DNA of 64,000 bases from an uncultured Phycisphaerales bacterium (GCA_963718665.1 OY970359.1:704001-768000); one strand, 5' to 3'; shown: positions 1-10,689, counted from the stretch's first letter. Notes: generated by a model from the letters alone, not told the origin. Translations and numbers: made by a program.

Positions 1-354
1 CTGAAAACCAATCTTATAAAGGATATCGCGGAACAGGCAGGCAAAACCCGAAGGTGGAACGAGAATCTTCATCGCGTAAACCCCGCCCCGCTCAATGCCC
101 GCAATGGGGCCGGTCGCGTTTTGAATATCGAGGATTTTAACCCTGTAAACCTGGCCCGCAAATCCGCCTCCGATGAATTTTTCTATCAGCAAACGCACGC
201 GGGCGGTTTCTGATTTTCCCAGGCCGGTAACATTGTAAATCAGCTCGGTTCCCGCGTCATACCGGCTGACCCGCATCGGACGATAAAGACCAAGACCCTG
301 ATACTTCTCCTGAAGCTTCCCGCAAATATCGGGGCTGTATTCCGTTGTCGCCAT
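1..354 (-). CDS. Partial (runs off window start) protein kinase-like protein
   Basis: My translation from ATG 354: MATTEYSPDICGKLQEKY...LIEKFIGGGFAGQVYRVK...GVYAMKIL. It has a Gly-rich loop plus an AxK motif and is open to position 1. Confidence 0.6.
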   Translation of the reverse strand, partial: MATTEYSPDICGKLQEKYQGLGLYRPMRVSRYDAGTELIYNVTGLGKSETARVRLLIEKFIGGGFAGQVYRVKILDIQNATGPIAGIERGGVYAMKILVPPSGFACLFRDILYKIGFQ

Positions 355-384
355 TAATGCTCCCTGTTACTGTTAACAGCAAAA

Positions 385-876
385 TTATTTGAGAATCCAG
401 AATTTAGCGGAAATGAACAACGCGATTCCCGCGTACACCCCCGCCATCAAATCATCGGCGAGAATCCCCCAGCCGGCGGGCAATTCTTCGAGCCGATACG
501 AAGGCCAGGGTTTGACCGTATCGAACAAACGAAACAAAAAATAACCGAGCGCGACAATCGAAACAATCTGACCGCCCGAGGCATCAGCCATCAGCAACGG
601 CATCGCCAGAAAAGTCAACGCCTGTCCCGCAACCTCGTCGGCCACCACCTCGTTGGGGTCTTCATTACCCGTTGCGGCGACGGCAACGTGTGAGAATTTA
701 ACGCATACAAACGAGCCGGCTATTATAAGCGCAATCATCAGCGATACCGGAATCGCCGCCGACCCGCCGAAATAACAGGCAAGACCAAAGATAATCGCGG
801 AAGGCAATGACCCCCACGACCCGGGCGCCACAGGCAACCAGCCAAGTCCGAAACAAGATGTAAGAAGACGTTTCAT
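385..876 (-). CDS. pgpA: Phosphatidylglycerophosphatase A
   Basis: GLGWLPVAPGSWGS, DPNEVVADE, LFRLFDTVKPWP and GILADDLMAG motifs. Confidence 0.93.
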   Translation of the reverse strand: MKRLLTSCFGLGWLPVAPGSWGSLPSAIIFGLACYFGGSAAIPVSLMIALIIAGSFVCVKFSHVAVAATGNEDPNEVVADEVAGQALTFLAMPLLMADASGGQIVSIVALGYFLFRLFDTVKPWPSYRLEELPAGWGILADDLMAGVYAGIALFISAKFWILK

Positions 877-880
877 AACT

Positions 881-957
881 ATTGATAACCGATAATTGAT
901 AATTGATTATTTTTCAAGGTTCACTCAATCATCAGTTATCAATAATCAATAATCAAT
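881..957. repeat. Inverted pair of heptamer tandem arrays, (ATAATTG)n / (CAATAAT)n-like
   Basis: attgataaccgataattgataattgattat (881-910) faces aatcatcagttatcaataatcaataatcaat (927-957). Confidence 0.8.
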
Positions 958-2057
958 TAAATTTCTTTTAATGTTTTCAGACAGAAACGGTCCGTCATAC
1001 CCGCGATGTAATCGCAGACGGCCCGCTGGAGGCCCTGTTTTGCAATGAAACGCTGGAAATAGCCCGGCATAAGCTGTGGCTGACTGCAAAGATGCTCGAA
1101 AAGCCGGGTAAGCCACTGCTCGACTTTCTTGCCGACGGAAAGCAGCGAAGGATGCTGATAAAAATTGGCGAGAAGGAATCGCTCCAGCTCTTCCAATTCA
1201 GCATTACTTTTTTCGGGCAGGATAATCAAACATTCCCGCCGGCGGTATATGTCATCGAGCGTTTTAATTTTCGCCTGACGAATTGCCTGATTGCTTTGCT
1301 CGATACAATCGCCTACGAGTATATCTATAATCGCCTTGGCGCTCCTTGTCCGGCGGACTATCCTGTCCTCAATCCTGTCTGCCTGTGCCCGTTTTTTGGC
1401 TTCCTGAAACAACCTTATATCTTTTAACTGCTCCGCTTCAATAAGCCCGGCCCGCATACCATCTTCGAGGTCGTGCGAATTAACGGCTATCATATCAGCG
1501 ATATTCGCTATTTGGCCTTCGAGCGAACAATTCAGCTCAGGAAAATCAACGTCCTGTGGCTTATCGTACAGGCTGCTGTGTTTTGCCAGCCCCAGCCGGG
1601 TTTCGTAAGTCAGGTTAAGTCCCGCGAAATCCGGATAAGGATGCTCAAGCAGGTCAACGACCCGCAGCGATTGCCTATTGTGCTCGAAGCCGCCGAAATC
1701 AGCCATCAGCTTATTGAGGACGCTTTCGCCAGTGTGGCCGAAAGGCGAATGACCCAAATCGTGCGCCAGGCATATCGCCTCGGTCAGTTGCTCGTTGAGA
1801 TCCAGCGCCCTGGCGATAGTTCTGCCAATCTGGGCGACCTCGATTGTATGAGTAAGACGTGTGCGGTAATGGTCATCAAGACCGGGCGTGAAGACCTGCG
1901 TTTTGCCTTCGAGCCGGCGAAACGCCGCACAGTGAATTATCCTGTCGCGGTCGCGGTCAAAATCCAGCCGATAGGGATGCGGCTCTTCGGCAAACAGCCG
2001 GCCTTTGCCGGATTTTTCACTGACCGCGTAAGGGGCAAGCTCTGAACGCATAATCAC
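957..2057 (-). CDS. dgt: Deoxyguanosinetriphosphate triphosphohydrolase (HD family)
   Basis: FRRLEGKTQVF, RTRLTH, AHDLGHSPFGH, FEHNRQS and DYIAGMTD motifs. Confidence 0.93.
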   Translation of the reverse strand: MIMRSELAPYAVSEKSGKGRLFAEEPHPYRLDFDRDRDRIIHCAAFRRLEGKTQVFTPGLDDHYRTRLTHTIEVAQIGRTIARALDLNEQLTEAICLAHDLGHSPFGHTGESVLNKLMADFGGFEHNRQSLRVVDLLEHPYPDFAGLNLTYETRLGLAKHSSLYDKPQDVDFPELNCSLEGQIANIADMIAVNSHDLEDGMRAGLIEAEQLKDIRLFQEAKKRAQADRIEDRIVRRTRSAKAIIDILVGDCIEQSNQAIRQAKIKTLDDIYRRRECLIILPEKSNAELEELERFLLANFYQHPSLLSVGKKVEQWLTRLFEHLCSQPQLMPGYFQRFIAKQGLQRAVCDYIAGMTDRFCLKTLKEI

Positions 2058-2578
2058 AGAATTGGAAGATTGTTTTGGGCGCTTATTTGTTTTAATACCG
2101 CAAGAAGCTCCTCGATGCTCTGGCTGATGAGGTATGTATCGCTACAAACCCGGACGAAATTGGTATCGCCGTTCCAGCGAGGGACAACGTGGATGTGCAT
2201 ATGGTCGGGCAGTCCCGCGCCAGCGCATCTGCCGAAATTGATGCCGATGTTGAATCCGTGGGGCTTAATCGCAAGAGAAAGCGCCTTCTGGGCGTCCCTT
2301 GTCAATTTGGTCATTTCGAGAAGCTCTTCGTCGTTCGCTTCGCCAAAATCGGGGATGTGCCGGACAGGCGCAATGAGCAGATGCCCGTTGTTATAAGGGA
2401 AGCGATTCATCACCGCGATGCAGTTTTTGGAACGCCACAGGACAAGATTCTTGTCGTCATCCTGCGGGGTTTTGATATTTTTACAGATGAAACACTCGTT
2501 TTTGTCGGCGAGGCCTTGAATGTAGCCGATTCGCCACGGAGCCCAGAGATTCTTTTTTCTCAAACTGATAACCTCCAA
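2054..2578 (-). CDS. HIT family hydrolase (Ap4A phosphorylase-like)
   Basis: LWAPWR, CFIC, NRFPYNNGH and the HMHIHVVPRW histidine triad. Confidence 0.92.
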   Translation of the reverse strand: MEVISLRKKNLWAPWRIGYIQGLADKNECFICKNIKTPQDDDKNLVLWRSKNCIAVMNRFPYNNGHLLIAPVRHIPDFGEANDEELLEMTKLTRDAQKALSLAIKPHGFNIGINFGRCAGAGLPDHMHIHVVPRWNGDTNFVRVCSDTYLISQSIEELLAVLKQISAQNNLPIL

Positions 2579-2597
2579 AACGCTTTCTTCCTGATTA

Positions 2598-3608
2598 TCA
2601 ATTCTTTTTCCCCGCGGCTATAAGCTGCATTGTTATTGTCTGCTCAATGGTTATCTTCGGATTTACGCCGCTAAGCCCCATAGGCATACCTGCCGTGGCA
2701 TGCATCGTGTATTTTTGAGTGTATTGCTCGGTTCTTCCGGCTTCTATATTGAAAAGTTCCTGTCCATGTCCCTGTATATCGAGCACTTTATATTCCCGCA
2801 GAAAACCAAATATCCCGCTCATCTGGAACACTTCTGTATAAGGAACAGGCCAATCCGAGGGATTTGGCCACAGCAGGGAATAGGAACCGCCTATTACTGC
2901 TATACGGTTATTGGGGTCATTGGGGTCCTGACGGATTTCTTCCAGCGTGTAATTCACGTTTCTGGCCGCAAAAAGAATCATCGTTGCGGGGGCAGAGAGC
3001 ACGGACTTCCACTTTTCGCCGACGGCAACACCTTTTGACGGGTTACTTATATGCGACACGGAATCCCACAGGAACCATTGCGTGGCAATGACATCATAAA
3101 GCATATCCGGCTCTTTGATGAGGCCATGGCTCCTGTCGGTCCTGAACGCCTGCTGACCCGCCTGATGAAGCACTTCAACAAACTGCGAGCCGTCCACAAT
3201 TTTGCCCCTCGCATCAACGGTGAACGTCCAGCTCTTGCCGGCGAAACTTTCCGCCGCCTCCTTCCAATTCTGCGGGCGGGCCGATTCCGAGGTGCGTTTT
3301 ACCCTCGCGGATTCACAACTTGCCTTGATTGTAGAAATACCGTATGGGTCCACTGTAACAGGCGTGTAAGAAACAACCATTTCCAGCGATTCCGACGACT
3401 TGTTTATCTTGTTTCCGCCGCCTCTCGCCGGGCCCCAGTCCACCGCCATCTCCCTGCTGCTGACAAACTTGTATTTAAAGGGCTGGTCGGGCTTGAAATC
3501 AACGGTCAACAGCGTTCTTTTTGAAGTCAACGCCGACTTTTGTGCCGGGGTGCAGCCGGCGATAATCCCGACAACAAGAACCGCAATAAGAATTTTCGTC
3601 TGGTTCAA
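2598..3608 (-). CDS. Hypothetical lipoprotein
   Basis: Signal peptide ending IIAGC (lipobox); similar layout to the neighbouring ORF. Confidence 0.75.
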   Translation of the reverse strand: MNQTKILIAVLVVGIIAGCTPAQKSALTSKRTLLTVDFKPDQPFKYKFVSSREMAVDWGPARGGGNKINKSSESLEMVVSYTPVTVDPYGISTIKASCESARVKRTSESARPQNWKEAAESFAGKSWTFTVDARGKIVDGSQFVEVLHQAGQQAFRTDRSHGLIKEPDMLYDVIATQWFLWDSVSHISNPSKGVAVGEKWKSVLSAPATMILFAARNVNYTLEEIRQDPNDPNNRIAVIGGSYSLLWPNPSDWPVPYTEVFQMSGIFGFLREYKVLDIQGHGQELFNIEAGRTEQYTQKYTMHATAGMPMGLSGVNPKITIEQTITMQLIAAGKKN

Positions 3609-3634
3609 TCCGGTCCCTTTCTCTTAAATCCGAA

Positions 3635-4663
3635 TTATTTAATTCTTTCAACGCTGTACCCGCGTTCCGCGGACATATTCAGCACCACCGGCTCCGAGGT
3701 ATCACCCTGCTTTGCCGGAAGCGCGACAGTCCAGGTTGCCTGGAGATTTTCATTGTAATTTTCTATCCTGCCCGCTTTCACGTCAAATTCGCCAGCTCCC
3801 GTATACAATTCCTTCGAGTCGAATTTCTGCGACGCACCTTCTTCAGCTTTCATGCCGGTGTATCTTGGCTCAACTTCGGAGGTTGGTATCGCGTTCATAT
3901 CGATAACCGCAATTTCCCGCCCATCGTTTCGCAGTTCCTTAAGGGTGTAAATTTTTTCGTAGGATTTAATCCCCATTTTCCCGAATACAAAGGTCTTTAT
4001 TGAGCTCCACTTGCCCCCCGGCTTAAGCATTTCCTGCCCCTGTTTGGGCAATTGTATTGTGCTGTGCCTTTCTATTATCGAATCCGGCAAAACTATCTCG
4101 CGTCCTTCCTTGTCGGAAACAGTTTCGCCTTTCATCATAGTCGTGACCGGCGGCAAATCATCAACAAAAGACACAATGTTCTGCGGATTGAATTCTATAG
4201 TATAGGTTTCGCCGATTAACTGTATTAACGGGTTTTTGGAATCCGAATTCCTTGTGCTGTCGAAATCCACGGTTGTCTGCCCCTTGCTCGTGAAAAAGCA
4301 TTTCAGCCTGTCGATTGACACTTTCGCGGTGGCTACGCCGTTGGCGTCAACGGTTTGTATCCGTCGCGTAACGGCCATTTCGACGCGTTCTTCACTGAAG
4401 CTCTCGTCAAATGCCGCTTTGTTGGGAACCGGCCCCTGCCATTTTGTGGTTCTGCGAGCTACGGTTGTAATCTTATATTTATCCAGCTCACCGACGGTCG
4501 ATTTCAACGCGATTTTAACCTGCCCATTCGCCTGTTTTTGTGGTTGCGCCGATGATTTGGCCTCGGCCTGGCCTGTCTGTGCCTGCTTTTCACAGCCCCA
4601 TGCGAACACTCCACAACATATCGCCGCTACCACTAAACCCCTGAAAACACCTTTTGTTGTCAT
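3635..4663 (-). CDS. Hypothetical lipoprotein
   Basis: Signal peptide ending AWGC; shares motifs with 2598-3608 (G(E/G)KW, YTL(E/K)E, IAVI, F(N/D)xxAGR). Confidence 0.75.
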   Translation of the reverse strand: MTTKGVFRGLVVAAICCGVFAWGCEKQAQTGQAEAKSSAQPQKQANGQVKIALKSTVGELDKYKITTVARRTTKWQGPVPNKAAFDESFSEERVEMAVTRRIQTVDANGVATAKVSIDRLKCFFTSKGQTTVDFDSTRNSDSKNPLIQLIGETYTIEFNPQNIVSFVDDLPPVTTMMKGETVSDKEGREIVLPDSIIERHSTIQLPKQGQEMLKPGGKWSSIKTFVFGKMGIKSYEKIYTLKELRNDGREIAVIDMNAIPTSEVEPRYTGMKAEEGASQKFDSKELYTGAGEFDVKAGRIENYNENLQATWTVALPAKQGDTSEPVVLNMSAERGYSVERIK

Positions 4664-4830
4664 AATTTTTTGTCTCCCAAATAGTTATTTTTTCTCAATT
4701 AAACGATATTATTATACCCGCCGGCGATACCGAAACAACCTATTTTTCTTCAACAACAGCCGCCTAAACGTTACAATATACGCTTTGAAAATGCCAGGGT
4801 TTGGGTATGATTTTGCAGAAAGGAAGATAA

Positions 4831-6498
4831 ATGAGAAGCGACAAAATAAAGAGCGGTTTTCAGAGAGCGCCCCACCGCGGGCTTCTTCACGCCTGCGGCG
4901 TAGCCGAGGCCGATATCAACAAGCCATTCATCGCCATCGCAAACAGCTTTTGCGAGATAGTTCCCGGCCACGTTCATCTCGACAAGGTAGCCCGGATTGT
5001 TAAGCAGGCCGTGCGTGAGGCGGGCGGCGTGCCCTTCGAGTTCAATACCATAGCCGTATGCGACGGAATCGCGATGGGACATACCGGTATGAAATACTCG
5101 CTTGCGTCGCGCGAAATAATCGCCGACTCGGTCGAGACGATGCTGCAGGCACACTGTTTCGACGGAATGATTTGTATCCCGAACTGTGACAAAATTATCC
5201 CCGGTATGCTGATGGCGTCTGTCCGGCTCAATATCCCCACGATTTTCGTCTCGGGCGGACCTATGGCAGCCGGAAAAACCAAAGACGGTAGGTCCGTTGA
5301 CCTTATCAGCGTCTTCGAGGGCGTCGCCAAATTCAACGCAGGCAAAATCACCGAAGAGCAGTTGAAAGAGCTTGAGGCCGCGGGCTGCCCCGGCTGCGGA
5401 AGCTGTTCAGGGATGTTCACCGCCAATTCGATGAACTGCCTGTGCGAGGCAATCGGCATCGCCCTGCCCGGCAACGGCACCGTATTGGCAGTCAACCCGA
5501 AACGTGAAGAGCTTTATAAACAGGCAGGCAGGCAAATCATCTCCCTGATTGAAAAAGACATCAAACCGTTAGACATAATCAGCACCAAATCGATGGATAA
5601 CGCCCTTGCGCTCGATATGGCGATGGGCGGCTCGACAAATACCGTCCTGCACACACTGGCGGTCGCAAGCGAAGCGGGCATCAAATATGACCTTGACCGG
5701 ATAAATAAAATCTCCGCGAAGTGCCCCAATATCTGCAAGGTCTCGCCTTCAAGTGCGTTCCACGTCGAAGACGTTGACGCCGCGGGCGGTATCAGCGCGA
5801 TACTAAAGGAAATAAGCAAGGTTCCCAAGCTGCTCAATCTCGATGCGCTTACCGTTACCGGCAAAAAACTCGGCGAAAATATCACGGACGCGAAAATAAA
5901 TAATACCGCAGTAATTCACACAATCGAAAACGCATACTCAAAAACAGGCGGGTTGGCAATTCTCAAGGGCAACCTCGCACCGAAAGGCGCGGTCATCAAA
6001 ACAGCGGGCGTCGCGCAGAATATGCTCACCCACAAAGGCCCTGCTGTCATTTTCGACAGCCAGGAAGAAGCAGGCGAAGGAATCCTCGCGGGCAAGGTCA
6101 AGGCCGGCGACGTGGTCGTCATCCGCTACGAAGGCCCCAAAGGCGGCCCGGGTATGCAGGAAATGCTCAGCCCGACAAGTTATATTGTTGGCGCAGGATT
6201 AGGCGAATCAGTCGCCCTCATAACCGACGGCAGGTTCAGCGGCGGCACACGCGGCGCCTGTATCGGCCACGTCAGCCCCGAAGCAGCCGTCGGCGGGCCA
6301 ATCGGACTGTTGAAAAAAGGTGACATAATCGAAATCGACATACCCCACAACAAGATGAATGTGAAACTGTCTGCCAAGGAACTCGCCGCCCGCAGGAAAA
6401 AATGGAAGCCGAGAAAACCAAATATCACCACCGGCTGCCTTGCCAAATACGCTTCTATGGCCACAAGCGCAGATACCGGTGCCGTGCTGAAGTGGTAA
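4831..6498 (+). CDS. ilvD: Dihydroxy-acid dehydratase
   Basis: [45 protein letters not shown] and TDGRFSG motifs. Confidence 0.98.
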   Translation: MRSDKIKSGFQRAPHRGLLHACGVAEADINKPFIAIANSFCEIVPGHVHLDKVARIVKQAVREAGGVPFEFNTIAVCDGIAMGHTGMKYSLASREIIADSVETMLQAHCFDGMICIPNCDKIIPGMLMASVRLNIPTIFVSGGPMAAGKTKDGRSVDLISVFEGVAKFNAGKITEEQLKELEAAGCPGCGSCSGMFTANSMNCLCEAIGIALPGNGTVLAVNPKREELYKQAGRQIISLIEKDIKPLDIISTKSMDNALALDMAMGGSTNTVLHTLAVASEAGIKYDLDRINKISAKCPNICKVSPSSAFHVEDVDAAGGISAILKEISKVPKLLNLDALTVTGKKLGENITDAKINNTAVIHTIENAYSKTGGLAILKGNLAPKGAVIKTAGVAQNMLTHKGPAVIFDSQEEAGEGILAGKVKAGDVVVIRYEGPKGGPGMQEMLSPTSYIVGAGLGESVALITDGRFSGGTRGACIGHVSPEAAVGGPIGLLKKGDIIEIDIPHNKMNVKLSAKELAARRKKWKPRKPNITTGCLAKYASMATSADTGAVLKW

Positions 6499-6666
6499 GC
6501 CGGGATATTTGACGCGAAAAAAACTGATTTGAAATGCACCCTCAGGATTAACACCCAAGCCGGGATTGGGCAACTAAGTCCTATAAAATCTTTTGTGCTT
6601 GAAAATTCTGCGGGAAAATGATAGAAGAACGGAGCGGAGGAGTGGAAGTGAAATTTCACTCCCAGC

Positions 6667-6762
6667 TGCGACTCCCAGCACCTGTTTTGTAAACTGGGTA
6701 TCATTCGCCTACAGGCGATTTTGTCACCAAAACAGGTTCGGGCTATGCTCAGTCGAGTCGCA
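6667..6762 (+). other. Long nested stem-loop upstream of the coiled-coil gene (candidate cis-regulatory or small RNA)
   Basis: TGCGACTC (6667-74) pairs with GAGTCGCA (6755-62); ACCTGTTTTG (6680-89) with CAAAACAGGT (6728-37); TCGCCT (6705-10) with AGGCGA (6713-18). Confidence 0.5.
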
Positions 6763-6802
6763 ATCAGAATGGAAACTGATACAGAAGTTTTTTGGGCTGA
6801 CA

Positions 6803-9800
6803 ATGGACGTTGACAGGACAAGGGAAAAAGGGGGCTCCAACCCACAGGATGGTCAGGAGAAATTTGTCCCGACCTGCCCGATATGCGGAGACAAACACTG
6901 GCCGCATCATCCCCTTGCGCCATGCTTCAACGCCAAAAAAGTAAAAGAAAGAGCCAAGGCAGAAGCAGTAGCAAAGGCGCTCGCTGAAAAACAGGCGAGG
7001 ATTGATGCCAAACTTCAGGCAAAAGAGCAGGCCCGCGCGGAAAAACTCGCAAAAATCGAAGCTAAGGAGCAGGAAAAAGCCGATAAGCAGGCGTATTACG
7101 AAGCGATAAAAAAAGCGGATGAAATTGCCAATAACGAGGCGCAGGCAAGAGCCGAGGCACAGAGAATCGCCAAGGCGGAAACCAGGGCAAGAATCGTCGC
7201 AGAGGAAAAGGCGAGGACTGAAACCGAGGCCAGAATAAAGACCGAACAACAGACGAGAATCAAGCTCGAAGAAAAGACCCGCGATTTTCAGGAATCCCAG
7301 CGACAGCTCGAAGGGAGATTGCAGGCCGAATTATCGAACAAGGCCCAGTTGCAAAAGCAGATTGACGAATACCACCTGCTGATTAGCGAACTTCGGGAAA
7401 ACCTCGAGGCACAAACAAAAGCCCGCGGTATCGCAGAACAACAGTTTTACGCCGAATCGCAGGCCAGAAAACAAACCGAATCGGATTTGCACGAAAAGGC
7501 ACAAACCTTCGGCAAAGCGATAGAGGATATCCAGGCAAAATTGAACGCCCAGACGCAGTCGCTCCAGGATACGGAAGACAAGCTCAAACAATACGTCGGG
7601 AACCTGATTCAGACAGAAACCCGGCTGCGAGAAGAACAGCAAGCCCGGCGCGAAGCGGAAGAAAAATCAGAAAGGGAATCGCAGGCGAGAGCCATTGCCG
7701 AGGAGCAGGCAAAGCAACAGGGCGAACAGAGAATCAAAGCCGAGACCCGGGCCGAACAGGCCGAACACCAGATACAAATAGAAACACAGGAGAAAATCAG
7801 GGCCGAACAGCAGGCAAGAGCCGAATTAGAACAAAAAGCGACCGCATACGGGCAGGCAATCGCCTCAGCCGAAGAAAAAATACGTCAATACGCCGAATCG
7901 CTCGCCGAGGCAAGGCAGCAGACCGAGGCACAAACCGAAGAAGCCGGAAAATACCAACAACAACTAAACAGTCAGGCGGAAAAATCGGCCGCACTGGAAG
8001 CGAAATTCAAACAGGATATTGAAAAGCTGCAGGCACAATTAAACGAGACAAAACAGCAAATCATCCTCGAAACCAATGTCGCGCAGGACGCCGAAGACCG
8101 GCTAAAGGCGGAAATTGAAGCCAGGTTGAAAGCGGAAGAAAAAACTCAAAACGAGGCACTACAAAGAGCAAGAGCAGAGGCCCTTGCTGAAGCACAATCA
8201 AAAGAAACAGCACAGGCGCAATTAAGGGTCGAGGAACAGGCCCAAAAATGGCAGCAGGTCGAGCAGCAGATAAGGACTGAGCTTGAAGAAAAAGCGACAA
8301 GATACGGTCAGGCGATAGCGAAAGCCGAAGAAAAAACCAGGGCAATCGCTGAGTCATTTAAATCAGCACAGGATCGCCTGAAAGAGGAGACAGACCAGCG
8401 AAACCAAATCGAGGAAACACTGCGCAGTTACCAAAAAACGTTAGCCGACGCGCAGAACCAGTTAAACATAGAGGAACAAACAAGGGCGCAGACAGAGGAA
8501 CAGCTTGTCGCCGAACGCAAAGTTACGGCACAATTGCAGGAGCAGTTGTCGGCTTACGCTGAGCGTCTCAACCAGATAGAGCGAGACCTCAATAGCGAAG
8601 CCACGGGCAAAGCAAAAGCCCAGGAACAGCTCAAGACGATTCTCGAAGAAAGACAACAGCTCGAAGAAAAGGCGCAACTGGAAGCAATGGAAAGGGTCAG
8701 GGCACAGGCGATTGCGCAATCGCAGACCGAGGCGAGAGAAAAAGCGGAAAAGCAATTACGCAATTACGCCGGGCAGCTTGACGAGCTTAAGAGAAACCTT
8801 GAAACACAGGCCGCCGTTATGGCACAACTGCAAACAAACCTCGCAAACGAGACACAGCTAAAAATGGAATCGCAGACCCTTGCACAAAAACACGCCGAAG
8901 AAAAGGCACGAGCGGAAGCAATCGCGCAGGCCGAAACACAGGCGCGAGCCGAAACAGAGCAAAGGGCCAAAGAAACAATTGAGTCAGCAGAACGAAAAGC
9001 CAGAGAAGCAATCGAATCGGCAGAACAAAGGACCAAAGAGGCAATTGAATCAGCGGAGCAGACAAGACAGCAAACCAAAATCGAACTTCAGGAACAAATG
9101 AAAAGCTTCACCACAACACTGGCGAATATACAGGAACAGTTAAACCGCCAAATCGAAACTCGGGTCGCGGCGGAGCAGCAGATAAGAACGCTTGCCGCGA
9201 CAATCGAGGAATTAAAAGAACAGATATCCTCACAATCGCAGAACAGGGCCAAAGTAGAACGAAGCGTTAAAGACCTCGGCGACGCGCTTGCCGAAGCCCG
9301 TAGAAAACTCGATGCCGAAAGCCAGGCAAGAAACCGGGCAGAAGAACAACTCGAAGCCGAGGCAGCAACAAGGACAGATGCCGAAGAGAGATTGACCGGT
9401 TTGGCGGCCCAACTTGCTAAAGCCCAGGGCAGAGCAGAAGCCGAAGAAAAAGCGAGACGGTTGTCGGAGGAAAAAGCCCGCGTCGAAATCGAGGCAAAAG
9501 CGAAAGCCGAACAGCAGTCGCGCGCACAACTGGAAGAAAAAGCGAGAGTTTACGGCGAGGCAATAGCCACCGCACAGGAAAAAGCAAGGTATTACGCCGA
9601 AGCCCTTACCGAAGCGAAAAATAAGCTCGCCGAACGGGAAAAATCAACCGAAGACATTCGCAATCGGCTCAACAGTGAACTCCAGATACATCAGAAGCTC
9701 GAAGAGCAGGTCGAGCTTTATCGCCGGCAGATAGCGCAGGCCGAGGCACAGGCCAAAACACAGGCCTCGGAATTAACCGGCATCGAAAAACAACTGCGAA

Positions 9801-10651
9801 CCCAGTTGACCAGCCAGACAAAAGTTTACGAGGAACGAATCACCCAGCTCGAAGAAACGATTGTTGCGGAGACAGACGAAAAAGAAAAACTCCGCCGGCA
9901 ATACGAAACCGAATCCGAAGCCAAAAATGCCGCCGAACAGCAGTTGCAGCAAAAAACCGAGGCATACGAGCGGGTAATCGAAGCCGCGGAAGAACATCTA
10001 AAAAGCGAATCACAAAAGGTCTCGCAAATCGAGGCACAGTTGACGGCCTTGCAGCAGGCAAAAGCGGAAGCCGAACGCAAACTCGAAGCGGAAACCGAAT
10101 ACAGAATATCCGCACAGGAAAATCTCAGGACATACGCCGACCGATTAGCCGAGCTTGAAAAACATCAGGCGAATCTTGCCTCCACAAACGGCGAAACGCT
10201 GAAAAAAATCGTCGCCGAGACGCAGGCAAAAGAGCAAATGCAAAAGCAAATCGAGCTGCTGACCGCCGAGATAACAAAAACCGAACAACAATTGCGCGAG
10301 GAACGTCAGGCAAGAACAGAACTGGAGCAAAAACTCAAAGCCCAGATTGACGCCCGATTAAAAGCCGAAGAACAGGCCAGGATAGAATCTCAGAAACGCG
10401 CCGAAATCGAGGAAGAGCTTAGCATCCAGAAGGAATTAACGGCCCAGGCCAACGCCGAGGCCGGCGTGCAGGAAGAGGCAAACGCACAGCAGAGAAAAAC
10501 ACTGCCCTTCGATATCCGCGAGATACCCGCCCCGGAAAAGACACAGCCCTGCGACTGCTGTGGCCGAAACGACCTTATGCCGAGCGAGCTGCACAAAATT
10601 GATTCCGGCCACCTCTTCTGCCCCGACTGCTTCGCTGCTCTAAAAAGATAA
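6803..10651 (+). CDS. Very long coiled-coil protein (~1280 aa) with Cys/His Zn-finger-like motifs at both ends
   Basis: E/Q/A/K/R-rich heptad-like sequence; N-terminal CPICGDKHWPHHPLAPC; C-terminal CDCCG...HLFCPDC. Start placed at ATG 6803 (the ORF track extends to 6593). Confidence 0.85.
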   Translation: MDVDRTREKGGSNPQDGQEKFVPTCPICGDKHWPHHPLAPCFNAKKVKERAKAEAVAKALAEKQARIDAKLQAKEQARAEKLAKIEAKEQEKADKQAYYEAIKKADEIANNEAQARAEAQRIAKAETRARIVAEEKARTETEARIKTEQQTRIKLEEKTRDFQESQRQLEGRLQAELSNKAQLQKQIDEYHLLISELRENLEAQTKARGIAEQQFYAESQARKQTESDLHEKAQTFGKAIEDIQAKLNAQTQSLQDTEDKLKQYVGNLIQTETRLREEQQARREAEEKSERESQARAIAEEQAKQQGEQRIKAETRAEQAEHQIQIETQEKIRAEQQARAELEQKATAYGQAIASAEEKIRQYAESLAEARQQTEAQTEEAGKYQQQLNSQAEKSAALEAKFKQDIEKLQAQLNETKQQIILETNVAQDAEDRLKAEIEARLKAEEKTQNEALQRARAEALAEAQSKETAQAQLRVEEQAQKWQQVEQQIRTELEEKATRYGQAIAKAEEKTRAIAESFKSAQDRLKEETDQRNQIEETLRSYQKTLADAQNQLNIEEQTRAQTEEQLVAERKVTAQLQEQLSAYAERLNQIERDLNSEATGKAKAQEQLKTILEERQQLEEKAQLEAMERVRAQAIAQSQTEAREKAEKQLRNYAGQLDELKRNLETQAAVMAQLQTNLANETQLKMESQTLAQKHAEEKARAEAIAQAETQARAETEQRAKETIESAERKAREAIESAEQRTKEAIESAEQTRQQTKIELQEQMKSFTTTLANIQEQLNRQIETRVAAEQQIRTLAATIEELKEQISSQSQNRAKVERSVKDLGDALAEARRKLDAESQARNRAEEQLEAEAATRTDAEERLTGLAAQLAKAQGRAEAEEKARRLSEEKARVEIEAKAKAEQQSRAQLEEKARVYGEAIATAQEKARYYAEALTEAKNKLAEREKSTEDIRNRLNSELQIHQKLEEQVELYRRQIAQAEAQAKTQASELTGIEKQLRTQLTSQTKVYEERITQLEETIVAETDEKEKLRRQYETESEAKNAAEQQLQQKTEAYERVIEAAEEHLKSESQKVSQIEAQLTALQQAKAEAERKLEAETEYRISAQENLRTYADRLAELEKHQANLASTNGETLKKIVAETQAKEQMQKQIELLTAEITKTEQQLREERQARTELEQKLKAQIDARLKAEEQARIESQKRAEIEEELSIQKELTAQANAEAGVQEEANAQQRKTLPFDIREIPAPEKTQPCDCCGRNDLMPSELHKIDSGHLFCPDCFAALKR

Positions 10652-10689
10652 GGGCCTGCCCTTCGTAGTGAAACGAAGAAGGGCCTGCC
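10651..10689. repeat. Short palindromic element flanked by a 10-bp direct repeat
   Basis: agggcctgcc-cttcgtagtgaaacgaaga-agggcctgcc. Confidence 0.65.

Noticed and set aside
6593..6802. N-terminal extension of the coiled-coil ORF, and similar extensions (12882-13070, 62900-63007)
   Set aside because: The composition is atypical, the first two overlap structured or repeat DNA, and better starts lie downstream.
6593..10651. SMC protein (given scpB in the window)
   Set aside because: No Walker A/B, signature motif or hinge domain.
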